This document shows positions 27,449 to 35,941 of a DNA stretch of 64,000 bases, piece by piece. The position numbers and the translations under genes are program-made. The notes below the pieces were generated by a model. The model was not told the origin of the DNA and searched no databases. It saw nothing but the letters and a program-made list of their open reading frames with translations. Source of the DNA: Bosea sp. (in: a-proteobacteria) (GTDB lineage: Bacteria; Pseudomonadota; Alphaproteobacteria; Rhizobiales; Beijerinckiaceae); NCBI RefSeq assembly GCF_035944895.1, contig NZ_DASZAT010000017.1, positions 1,479-65,478 of the forward strand, written 5' to 3'. Each line of letters starts with the position of its first letter. Position 1 is the stretch's first letter.

Positions 27449-28897
27449 ATGGCGTCCGGCTCCTATCTCGACGAGGCGCGCAATGCCGCGCTGGCCTTTG
27501 GCGACAGCCTGCTCGGGCTGGCGCGGCCGCGCCTGCGCATCGGCGTCACCGGCCTGTCGCGCTCGGGCAAGACCGTTTTCACGACTGCGCTGATCCAGAA
27601 CCTGATCGAAGGCGCGAAGCTGCCGGTGCTGAAGGCTTCGGCGGAAGGGCGGATCGCGCGGGTCCGGCTGGTGCCGCAGCCCGACCCCGAGATCCCGCGC
27701 TTTCCCTATGAGGCGCATCGTGCTGCGCTCTCCGGTCCGGATCGGCGCTGGCCGGAATCGACACGCCGCATCTCGGAACTCCGGATCGAGATCGACTATG
27801 AGCGCGCCGAAGGCTGGTTCAAGGGGCCGGCGACGCTGACCCTCGATATCGTCGACTATCCGGGCGAATGGCTGCTCGACCTCGCCTTGATCGGGCAGGA
27901 TTATGCCAGCTGGTCGACCCAGGCGGTGGCGGATGCGCGCAAGGCGCACCGGCTCGCCATTGCCGCGCCCTGGCTCGACGATCTCGGGCAGCGCGATCCG
28001 GCAGGGCCGGCGGACGAGCTTGCGGCCGAGGCAGCGAGTGACGTGTTCAAGGCCTATCTCGCCGCCCTGCGCGCCGATCCGGAGGCGGTGGCGGTGACTC
28101 CGCCCGGGCGCTTCCTGATGCCGGGCGATCTCGAGGGCTCGCCGGCCCTGACCTTCGCACCGCTCGATCTGCCGCCGGGAACGCAGCCGCAAGCCGGAAC
28201 GCTCGCCGGGCTGATGGCCGAGCGTTTCGAAGCCTATAAGCGCGTCGTGGTCGGTCCCTTCTTCCGCGAGCATTTCGCCAGGCTCGACCGGCAGATCGTG
28301 CTGGTCGATGCGCTGGCGGCGCTCGATGCGGGGCCCGCCGCGCTGGCCGACCTTGAAACCGCGCTCGGCCAGGCGCTCTCGGCCTTCGCCGTTGGCCGCA
28401 ACAGCCTGTTGTCGAGCCTGTTCGCGCCGCGGATCGAGAAGGTGCTGTTCGCCGCGACCAAGGCCGATCATCTGCACCATACCAGCCACGACCGGCTCGC
28501 CGGCGTGATGTCGCATCTGGTCGCCCGGGCTGCTGCGCAAGCGCAAGGGGCGGGCGCCAAGGTCGAGGCAATGGCCTTCGCCGCGATCCGCGCCACGCGC
28601 GAGGTCCGCATCCGCGAGGGCCGCGAGGAACTGCCCGCGATTGCCGGCGTGCCCGAGGCCGGCGAAGTCGTCGATGGCGAGGTCTTCGACGGGAAGACAG
28701 AGGCTGCGATCTTCCCCGGAGACCTGCCGGAGCGGCCCGAGGCGATCTTCGATTCGAGCGCGCCGCGCTGGCATGTCCGGGCGCCACGCTTCCGGCCGCC
28801 TCTGGTCAAGCCGGATGCCGGCGGGCGCCTCGTACCGCCGCCGCAGATCCGCCTCGACCGCGCGCTGGAATTCCTGATTGGCGACAGGCTGGCGTGA
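27449..28897 (+). CDS. ycjX: YcjX-family P-loop NTPase (DUF463)
   Basis: Start trimmed to MASGSYLDEARN. Walker A GLSRSGKT and IVDYPGEW (Walker B-like). Collinear with E. coli YcjX as recalled. Confidence 0.85.
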   Translation: MASGSYLDEARNAALAFGDSLLGLARPRLRIGVTGLSRSGKTVFTTALIQNLIEGAKLPVLKASAEGRIARVRLVPQPDPEIPRFPYEAHRAALSGPDRRWPESTRRISELRIEIDYERAEGWFKGPATLTLDIVDYPGEWLLDLALIGQDYASWSTQAVADARKAHRLAIAAPWLDDLGQRDPAGPADELAAEAASDVFKAYLAALRADPEAVAVTPPGRFLMPGDLEGSPALTFAPLDLPPGTQPQAGTLAGLMAERFEAYKRVVVGPFFREHFARLDRQIVLVDALAALDAGPAALADLETALGQALSAFAVGRNSLLSSLFAPRIEKVLFAATKADHLHHTSHDRLAGVMSHLVARAAAQAQGAGAKVEAMAFAAIRATREVRIREGREELPAIAGVPEAGEVVDGEVFDGKTEAAIFPGDLPERPEAIFDSSAPRWHVRAPRFRPPLVKPDAGGRLVPPPQIRLDRALEFLIGDRLA

Positions 28898-28907
28898 GGA
28901 GGCGAGC

Positions 28908-29909
28908 ATGAGCAAGGCGCCGCGCGCCATCCGTCTCGAACCGCAGGACGGTTCCTCCGACGACACCGTCTTCGGTGGGCGCGGCGATGTCGCCGTCGTG
29001 CCGGAGGTCGAGCCGATCGAGCCCGAGGCTGTTTCGGCTCCGCAGCCGAGCCGTCGCCGCTTCAGCTGGGGCAGCCTGTTCGTCGCGGCGCTGTCGGGCC
29101 TGCTGGCGCTCTCGGTCACGGTCTGGGCCGAGCAGACGATCCGCTGGCTGCTCGCGCTCAGCCCGGCCGTCGGCATTGCGGCGCTGGTCTGCGCCGGCGT
29201 CGCGGCCCTGGCGCTCTTGGTTATGCTGCTGCAGGTGCTGCGCGACATCCTGCGCGAGCGGCGGGTCGAGGCACTGCGCGAGCGCGCTGTCGCGGCGCTC
29301 GCCGAGAGCGATCTCGCCAAGGCGCGCAGCGTCGCTGGTGATCTCGACAAGCTCTATGCCGGTCGGCCGGAGACGGCGAAGGGCAGGGCGGAGCTATCAG
29401 CTCATACACCGCAACTGCTGGCTGCCCGCGACCTCCTCACTGTCGCCGAGCGCAGCCTGCTCGCGCCGCTCGATGCGCTTGCGCAGGCGCAGGTGGCACA
29501 GGCGGCGCGGCGGGTTTCGCTCGTCACTGCGGTCAGCCCGCGGGCTCTGGTCGACGTCGTCTTCGTCCTCATCGCCTGTGCCCGGCTGCTGCGGGCGATC
29601 GCGACGATCTATGCCGGTCGGCCCGGGACGCTCGGCCTGTTCAGGTTGGCGCGGCAGGTGCTCGGCCATCTCGTCGTCACCGGCGGCATGGCGGCGGGCG
29701 ATGCGGTGATCCAGCAGGTGCTCGGCCAGGGGCTGGCGGCGCGGCTGTCGGCCAAGCTCGGCGAGGGCGTGCTCAACGGATTGCTGACCGCCCGGATCGG
29801 GCTCGCGGCCATCGCGGTCTGCCGGCCGCTGCCTTTCGTCGAGGAGACGCCGCCGGGGCTGTCCGATGTCGCCGGCGATCTCTCCGGCTGGGGCGGCAAG
29901 GGCGATTGA
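28908..29909 (+). CDS. ycjF: YcjF-family membrane protein (UPF0283/DUF697)
   Basis: Start trimmed to MSKAPRAIRLEP. Acidic N-terminus, then 2 TM helices and a C-terminal DUF697-like region. It begins 10 nt after ycjX. Confidence 0.8.
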   Translation: MSKAPRAIRLEPQDGSSDDTVFGGRGDVAVVPEVEPIEPEAVSAPQPSRRRFSWGSLFVAALSGLLALSVTVWAEQTIRWLLALSPAVGIAALVCAGVAALALLVMLLQVLRDILRERRVEALRERAVAALAESDLAKARSVAGDLDKLYAGRPETAKGRAELSAHTPQLLAARDLLTVAERSLLAPLDALAQAQVAQAARRVSLVTAVSPRALVDVVFVLIACARLLRAIATIYAGRPGTLGLFRLARQVLGHLVVTGGMAAGDAVIQQVLGQGLAARLSAKLGEGVLNGLLTARIGLAAIAVCRPLPFVEETPPGLSDVAGDLSGWGGKGD

Positions 29910-29910
29910 G

Positions 29911-29927
29911 CCCGGCAGAATTTGCCG
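29911..29927. promoter_or_regulatory. perfect palindrome CCGGCA-gaatt-TGCCGG, candidate enhancer (FlbD/ftr-like) for flgE
   Basis: Read from the sequence. It lies ~100 bp upstream of the sigma54 promoter at 30012. The same half-sites recur at 43588-43606. Confidence 0.4.
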
Positions 29928-30011
29928 GCAGCGGACGAATCTGCCCGGTCGGAATCGTCCGGAAACCTTTCGAAAACCATCCAAGCTCTTGAAATATCTC
30001 AGGCATGGCCG

Positions 30012-30027
30012 TGGCACGAGCCGTGCA
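30012..30027 (+). promoter_or_regulatory. sigma54 (-24/-12) promoter of flgE
   Basis: TGGCAC-gagcc-gTGCA versus consensus TGGCAC-N5-TTGCA, with exact GG-N10-GC spacing. It lies 70 nt upstream of the flgE ATG. Confidence 0.6.
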
Positions 30028-30096
30028 AACTCACCCTCGGTTCGACTGCCGCCCATGGGGGGCGCTGTCCAGGTCTGACGACCAGGTGAGGTTGCG

Positions 30097-31503
30097 ATGG
30101 GTGTTTTCAGTGCTCTGACGACGGCCGTGACGGGCATGCAGGCCCAGTCCTATGCCCTCGAGAATATCTCCGGCAACATTGCGAATTCGCGCACCGCCGG
30201 CTTCAAGCGGGTCGACACCAGCTTCTCCGACCTGGTGCCGGATTCGGCGCTGAACCGGCAGGTCGCCGGCTCGGTCGCCTCCTATAGCCGCGCCACCAAT
30301 ACGATCCAGGGCGACCTCAACGCGACGCGCATCGACACCAATGCCGCGATCAACGGCGACGGCTTCTTCGTCGTCGACCAGCGCCAGAGCGGCGTCGGCG
30401 CTTCGACCCAGTTCGCCAACAGCAATCTCTATACCCGCCGCGGCGACTTCGACTTCGACGCCGACGGATACCTCGTCAATGGCGCCGGCTACTACCTCAA
30501 GGGCCAGAAGATCGACCCCGTCACCGGCCAGGTGATCGGCAGCCAGCCGGATGTGCTGCGCATCACCAAGGACCAGTTCCCGGCCAAGGCGACGACCCAG
30601 ATCGAATACAGCGCCAACATCCCGGCCTATCCGAAGACCAACAGCGCCGTTTCGACGACGCCTGGTTCCGAGCTGCTCAATGCCGGCACGGGGTTCACCG
30701 GGGCAAACCCCGGTACGACTGCCTCAGGTGGTACCGGCACGGTGGTCGGCAGCGATCTGACCACCTTCCTCAATCGCTCGATCCCTGGCGGCTCGGTCAC
30801 CGTCTACGACACGCTCGGCAAGGCAACCAGCGTCGAGCTGCGTTGGGCCAAGGTCGCCAATGCCGCCGGCGCCACGCCCGACACCTGGAACCTGTTCATC
30901 GCCGAGAACACCGGTGCGACCGGTGCGACCGTCGCCTATCGCAACGTCAATGTCGACATCACCTTCGACAATACCGGCAAGATGACGTCGCCGGCCAACG
31001 GCAACATCACCATCCCGCCCATGACCATCGGCGGAAACGCCATTTCGCCCGCCACCGCGCCAATCAGCATCGTCACCAACGGCACCAGCCTGACTCAGAA
31101 TGGCGACACCAGCGGCCAGATCGACGCCCGCAGCATCCGGCAGAACGGCTACACCGCCGGCACGCTCGACCGGGTCTCGATCTCGAACGAGGGCCAGGTG
31201 ATCGGCACCTTCAGCAATGGCCAGGTCGTGCCGCTGGCGCAGATCGCGATCGCCCGCTTCAACGCAGCCAACTCGCTGAAACGGCTGGATGGCGGCGCCT
31301 TCGAGGAGACGATCGAGTCGGGCGCGCCGATCGTCGGCCTCGGCACGGCGGCGCTGATCGGCGGCAATGTCGAGCAATCCAACACCGACATCGCCGACGA
31401 GTTCTCGAAGATGATCGTCACCCAGCAGGCCTATTCGGCCAACACCAAGGTGATCTCCACGGCGCAGGAGATGCTGCGCGACGTCTTCAACATCATCCGC
31501 TGA
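30097..31503 (+). CDS. flgE: flagellar hook protein FlgE
   Basis: N-terminal rod/hook motif ...ALENISGNIANSRTAGFKR. C-terminal SNTDIADEFSKMIVTQQAYSANTKVI. AGGTGAGG RBS. Confidence 0.9.
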   Translation: MGVFSALTTAVTGMQAQSYALENISGNIANSRTAGFKRVDTSFSDLVPDSALNRQVAGSVASYSRATNTIQGDLNATRIDTNAAINGDGFFVVDQRQSGVGASTQFANSNLYTRRGDFDFDADGYLVNGAGYYLKGQKIDPVTGQVIGSQPDVLRITKDQFPAKATTQIEYSANIPAYPKTNSAVSTTPGSELLNAGTGFTGANPGTTASGGTGTVVGSDLTTFLNRSIPGGSVTVYDTLGKATSVELRWAKVANAAGATPDTWNLFIAENTGATGATVAYRNVNVDITFDNTGKMTSPANGNITIPPMTIGGNAISPATAPISIVTNGTSLTQNGDTSGQIDARSIRQNGYTAGTLDRVSISNEGQVIGTFSNGQVVPLAQIAIARFNAANSLKRLDGGAFEETIESGAPIVGLGTAALIGGNVEQSNTDIADEFSKMIVTQQAYSANTKVISTAQEMLRDVFNIIR

Positions 31504-31580
31504 GCGCTGAGAGCAGCCTGGCCTGACGGCCCAGAAGGGCCGGGCCGGAACCGACCGGACCAGTACGACAGGAGTTGACG

Positions 31581-33440
31581 ATGGGTCTCAACACCGCACT
31601 CGGCACTTCGATTTCCGGGCTGAACAGCGCCCAGATCGGCATCGGCGTCATCTCGCAGAACGTCGCCAATGCCGGCACGCCCGGCTATGTCCGGCGCAAT
31701 GTCTCGAGCGTCGATTCGATCTCCGGTAGCACCGTCGGGGTCAGCAACCCGAACGTCCAGCGGCTGCTCGACCGCATCGTCCAGCACCAGCTCCTGCAGG
31801 AGAGCTCGGGCGCGTCCTATACCTCGACCCGCGCCCAGGTCTTCGCCAATCTCGACCAGCTCTATGGAGCTCCTGGCAGCAAGACGGCGCTGGACTCGAT
31901 GTACAGCACCTTCACCAGCTCGCTGCAGGCGCTGCAGAACGACCCGTCCTCCTACACCAACCGCACTGCCGTGCTCGATGCGGCGAGCCAGCTCGCAAAC
32001 CGGCTGCGCGGGCTGTCGGATGGCGTCCAGCAGCAGCGCTCACAGGCCGAGGCCGGCATCGGCTCCGCAGTCACACGCGTCAACGAGCTGCTCGACCAGC
32101 TGACCAACGTCAATGCGCGGATCGTCAACGCCCAGCAGACCTCCGCCACGGCTGATCTGCGCGACCAGCGCGACCGTATCGTTTCCGAGCTCTCGCAATA
32201 TGTCGAGATTCGCACCGACGAGCGCCCGAACGGCGCGCTCAGCATCACCACCGCCTCGGGCACGCAGCTCTTCGACGGCCGCCCGACGGTCAAGTTCGAG
32301 TTCGATGCGCGCGCCAATATCGGCCCGCAATCGCAATGGAGCAGCGATCCCAGCAAGCGGAGCGTCGGCACGATCGTCGCCCGGGACCTGAGCGGCAACG
32401 CCTTCGACGCGATCGCCAACAACACCTTCCGGTCCGGCGAGATCGGCGCGCTGGTCGAACTTCGTGACAAGACGCTGGTTCAGGCACAGGCGCAGCTCGA
32501 CGAGATCGCCGCTCAGCTCTCCAGCGCGCTCTCGGATCGCGAGATCGCAGGCACGGCGGTCACGGCCGGCGGCTTCAACGGCTTCGACGTCGATCTCAGC
32601 GGGCTGGCTGCCGGCAACTCGGTGACGCTGGACTACAAGATCCCGCCCAGCGGGCAGACGCAGCGCTTCACCTTCGTGCGCGTCGACTCGGCGGCATCGT
32701 TGCCCCTGCCGGCCTCGGCCCAGGGCGACGCCAACAACCGCGTCATCGGCATCGACTTCTCCGGCGGCCCGGCCTCGGTCGCGACACAGATCCAGGCGGC
32801 CGTCGGTGCCGGCTTCACCGTGTCGAACACCGGTTCGACACTGCGCGTGGTCGGCAGCGCGACGCGCGACGTCGCCGGACTGACCGCTCGCCCGACCCAG
32901 ACCTCGCTGACCGGCGGCACGGCCGAGATGCCGTTCTTCGTCGATGCCGGGCGCAACAACACCGCCTATACCGGCTCCTATGAGGGCGGGGCGCAATCGG
33001 TCGGCTTCGCCTCGCGCATCGCCGTCAATCCGGACCTGGTCGCCGACCGCTCGCGGCTCGTCATCTACAACACCAGCCCGGCGACGCCGCAGGGCGATAC
33101 GACCCGGCCGAGCTTCCTCTACGATCGGCTGACCTCGAGCCAGCGCAGCTTCACCAATGCGACGGGATTCGACGGCTCGGCCGCGACCTCGACCGGCACG
33201 GTCTCCAGCCTGGTCCAGCGCGTCGTCGCCGGCCAGGGCCAGGCGAGCGAGCAGGCCAAGCGACTCGACGAGGGGCAGCAGGTCGCCTTCTCCTCGGTGC
33301 AAAGCCGTTTCCTCGAGGACACCAAGGTCAATGTCGACGAGGAAATGTCGATGCTGATCGAGTTGCAGAGCGCTTACGCCGCCAACGCACGCGTCATCTC
33401 CACCGTCAAGGAGTTGCTCGACGTGCTGATGAGACTGTGA
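31581..33440 (+). CDS. flgK: flagellar hook-associated protein 1 FlgK
   Basis: MGLNTALGTSISGLNSAQIGIGVISQNVANAGTPGYVRR N-terminus and C-terminal EEMSMLIELQSAYAANARVI. ATG at 31581 has an AGGAG RBS (the ORF-track TTG at 31575 is less likely). Confidence 0.9.
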   Translation: MGLNTALGTSISGLNSAQIGIGVISQNVANAGTPGYVRRNVSSVDSISGSTVGVSNPNVQRLLDRIVQHQLLQESSGASYTSTRAQVFANLDQLYGAPGSKTALDSMYSTFTSSLQALQNDPSSYTNRTAVLDAASQLANRLRGLSDGVQQQRSQAEAGIGSAVTRVNELLDQLTNVNARIVNAQQTSATADLRDQRDRIVSELSQYVEIRTDERPNGALSITTASGTQLFDGRPTVKFEFDARANIGPQSQWSSDPSKRSVGTIVARDLSGNAFDAIANNTFRSGEIGALVELRDKTLVQAQAQLDEIAAQLSSALSDREIAGTAVTAGGFNGFDVDLSGLAAGNSVTLDYKIPPSGQTQRFTFVRVDSAASLPLPASAQGDANNRVIGIDFSGGPASVATQIQAAVGAGFTVSNTGSTLRVVGSATRDVAGLTARPTQTSLTGGTAEMPFFVDAGRNNTAYTGSYEGGAQSVGFASRIAVNPDLVADRSRLVIYNTSPATPQGDTTRPSFLYDRLTSSQRSFTNATGFDGSAATSTGTVSSLVQRVVAGQGQASEQAKRLDEGQQVAFSSVQSRFLEDTKVNVDEEMSMLIELQSAYAANARVISTVKELLDVLMRL

Positions 33441-33451
33441 GGAGATAGTCG

Positions 33452-34966
33452 ATGACCATCACCCCGACCGGTACCGGCGCCTACCGCCTCGCCAATCCCA
33501 ACCAGTTCGTCTCGATGCGCGGCCAGCTCGACGATCTGCAGCGGCAGCTCGCGACGCAGAAGAAGTCGCAGACCTTTGCCGGCCTCGGCATGGATCGCGG
33601 CACCAGCCTCGACCTCAACAACAAGCTCTCGACGCTCGACGGCTATCTCACCAACATCCAGCGCTCGGACGTCAACCTCAAGCTGATGACCAAGGCCGTC
33701 GAGAACTTCACCAAGCTCGCCGGTGAGACACGGGCCGATGCCCGGCCGGACAGCTATGTCGAGTCCTCGACCGGGCGCACTGCGCCGCAGGTGCTGGCCG
33801 AGGAAAAGTTCAAGCAGACGCTCGATCTGTTGAATTCGCAGGTGAATGGCCGCTACCTCTTCTCTGGCCGCACTTCCGATGTCGAGCCTGTGGTGGACTA
33901 TTCGCTGATCATGGATGGCGATGCTACTCATGCCGGCCTGAAGCAGCTGATCTCCGAGCGCAAGCAGGCCGATATCGGCGCCGGCGGCATGGGCCGGCTG
34001 GTCACCGGCGGTGCCGGCACCAACGCGACGATCGCGGAGGAGGCGGCCGGGCTGCCCTATGGCTTCAAGCTGACCGGCGCTTCGAGCAGCACGGCGGCGG
34101 TGACCACGGCCTATAATGCCGGTCCGCCGGCCGACATCGCCGTCAACGTCGCCACGCAGCCGCAGCCGGGCGACACGCTGAAGATCGCGCTGACGCTGCC
34201 CGACGGGACAACGGAGGAGGTCACCCTGACGGCCCGGGCGGCCGGCACCACCGGAGATGCCGCCGATGGCTATGTCATCGGTGCGGACGCCAACGCCACA
34301 GCCGCGAACCTGCGCGCCTCGATCAATGCGGCGCTGTCGCGCGAGGCCAAGACGTCGTTGTCGGCAGCTTCGGCCCAGGTTGCGGCCAAGGACTTTTTCG
34401 CCGGCAGCCCGAGCAACCCGCCGCTCAGGGTGCCCGGGCCCCCCTTCGACACCGCGACCGCGGCGCCCGCACCCGGAACCGCCGCCAACACCGTGATCTG
34501 GTACAAGGGCGACGACGCAGCCGGTTCGGCCAGGGCGACGGCGAGTGTCCAGGTCGACCAGGGCCAGCAGGTGGCGGCCGGCGCCCGTGCCAATGAGGAA
34601 GCGTTCCGCACCGGCCTGGCGCAGTTCGCGATCATGGCGGCGGAGACCTTCCCGGCCAGCGACCCCGACTCGAAGCGGCGCTACGAGGCGATGACCGAGC
34701 GGGTGAGCAGCAATATCGGCTTCCCGACCGGGACGCAGAACCCGGCAGAGATCATCGTCGAGCTCGGCTCGGCCCAGACCACGATGGCGCAGGCCAAGGA
34801 GCGGCACACCGCAACCAAGGACTATCTGAGCACGACGCTCTCGGGCGTCGAGGACATCACCAAGGAGGAGGTGGCGATGCAGATCCTGGCGCTGCAGACC
34901 ACTCTGCAGGCGAGCTACCAGACGACCTCCATGCTGCAGCAACTGCACCTGACGAATTATCTCTGA
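33452..34966 (+). CDS. flgL: flagellar hook-associated protein 3 FlgL (flagellin-fold)
   Basis: Sits after flgK. Flagellin-like N- and C-terminal helices (…EEVAMQILALQTTLQASYQTTSML). GAGGAG RBS. Confidence 0.8.
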   Translation: MTITPTGTGAYRLANPNQFVSMRGQLDDLQRQLATQKKSQTFAGLGMDRGTSLDLNNKLSTLDGYLTNIQRSDVNLKLMTKAVENFTKLAGETRADARPDSYVESSTGRTAPQVLAEEKFKQTLDLLNSQVNGRYLFSGRTSDVEPVVDYSLIMDGDATHAGLKQLISERKQADIGAGGMGRLVTGGAGTNATIAEEAAGLPYGFKLTGASSSTAAVTTAYNAGPPADIAVNVATQPQPGDTLKIALTLPDGTTEEVTLTARAAGTTGDAADGYVIGADANATAANLRASINAALSREAKTSLSAASAQVAAKDFFAGSPSNPPLRVPGPPFDTATAAPAPGTAANTVIWYKGDDAAGSARATASVQVDQGQQVAAGARANEEAFRTGLAQFAIMAAETFPASDPDSKRRYEAMTERVSSNIGFPTGTQNPAEIIVELGSAQTTMAQAKERHTATKDYLSTTLSGVEDITKEEVAMQILALQTTLQASYQTTSMLQQLHLTNYL

Positions 34967-34993
34967 ATCTGTCGTGTCGAGCGGCTACGACGA

Positions 34994-35029
34994 GAAAACG
35001 GCCCGGATCGCTCCGGGCCGTTTTCTTTC
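34994..35029. terminator. bidirectional intrinsic terminator between flgL and flaF
   Basis: GAAAACGGCCCGGA-tcgc-TCCGGGCCGTTTTC, a 14-bp perfect stem with A/T tracts on both sides, followed by TTTCG. Confidence 0.8.
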
Positions 35030-35056
35030 GTGTTCCGAATTGCCGCCCGAGTGCGC

Positions 35057-35428
35057 TCAGCGGCCGCGCAGGCCGGCGGCGATGTCGCGATTGATGCTGA
35101 CGAGGATGCCGATCGCGGCCGGCTCCGGCGCCGCGGCGATCTGGAACGTCCGGTTGAAGATGAAGTTCGCGAGGCCGAGGATGTTGCGCTTGATCTCGAC
35201 CGGCAGCGGATTGTCCTCGGCGATCACGGCCGAGACCAGCAGGGTCCAGAGCTTGCGATTATAGGCCAGAGCTGCGTCGAGATCGCCGGAACGGACGGCC
35301 CAGTCATCGACGATCATCTGGAGACGGGCGCCGGCCTTGAGCAGCAGGCCGGCTTCGAGTTCGCGCGGTGACTGGACGTTCTGTGCCGTCTTCGACGCCG
35401 CGGCGTAGGCATTAAACCCGCTTTGCAT
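35057..35428 (-). CDS. flaF: flagellar biosynthesis regulator FlaF
   Basis: 123 aa. Contains ...PRELEAGLLLKAGARL...AALAYNRKLWT...DNPLP.E.K.NI..LA.F, as in FlaF. It overlaps flbT by 17 nt. Confidence 0.85.
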   Translation of the reverse strand: MQSGFNAYAAASKTAQNVQSPRELEAGLLLKAGARLQMIVDDWAVRSGDLDAALAYNRKLWTLLVSAVIAEDNPLPVEIKRNILGLANFIFNRTFQIAAAPEPAAIGILVSINRDIAAGLRGR

Positions 35429-35804
35429 GCTCGAGCAGTTCCGCCTCGTAAGAGATCAGCTTCTTGGCAGCCTTGAGAGCTTTGTAGAGCTCACCGCTTA
35501 AGATGCAGTTATTGATTTCGGACATATGCGGCAAAGCGCTCGGCGCCGCCTGCATGAAGTCGCGCACGAGCTGGAAATAGACCTCATGCTCCGCCGTCGG
35601 GTCGCCGGCGAGATACATCAGCTGGATCGCGAGGTAGATTTTCTTGGCCGGGCTGTCAGCGCTGGCCGCGGTGAGGATGTCCTTCTCGCGCAGGATCGGC
35701 GCCTCGCCCTCGATGAAGAAGCGCGTGCGCTGCTCGTCGTTGCGGATGACGACCGAGCCGATGATGATGCGCTCGTTCGGCTTGAGCTCGACCTTGAGGG
35801 CCAT
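35412..35804 (-). CDS. flbT: flagellin translational regulator FlbT
   Basis: MALKVELKPNERIIIGSVVIRNDEQRTRFFIEG... is a typical FlbT N-terminus. 130 aa. Confidence 0.85.
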   Translation of the reverse strand: MALKVELKPNERIIIGSVVIRNDEQRTRFFIEGEAPILREKDILTAASADSPAKKIYLAIQLMYLAGDPTAEHEVYFQLVRDFMQAAPSALPHMSEINNCILSGELYKALKAAKKLISYEAELLEHAKRV

Positions 35805-35827
35805 GTCTGTCGCGCCTTCTGGCTAGG

Positions 35828-35871
35828 CATCGGATCGAAAAGTGGATTCCATTTTTCGGAAGAATCCGATG
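35828..35871 (-). promoter_or_regulatory. 44-nt bulged hairpin between flagellin 1 and flbT (possible flbT leader structure or attenuator)
   Basis: On the minus strand, CATCGGAT pairs with ATCCGATG (8 bp) and CGAAAA pairs with TTTTCG (6 bp), with a 5-nt bulge. It ends 24 nt upstream of the flbT ATG. Confidence 0.4.
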
Positions 35872-35941
35872 CGGCAACAATGGGGTAGGTCATCGCGACC
35901 CCGTCCGTTCGGACGCTCGATGATCTACGAGGGGAGGGGCG

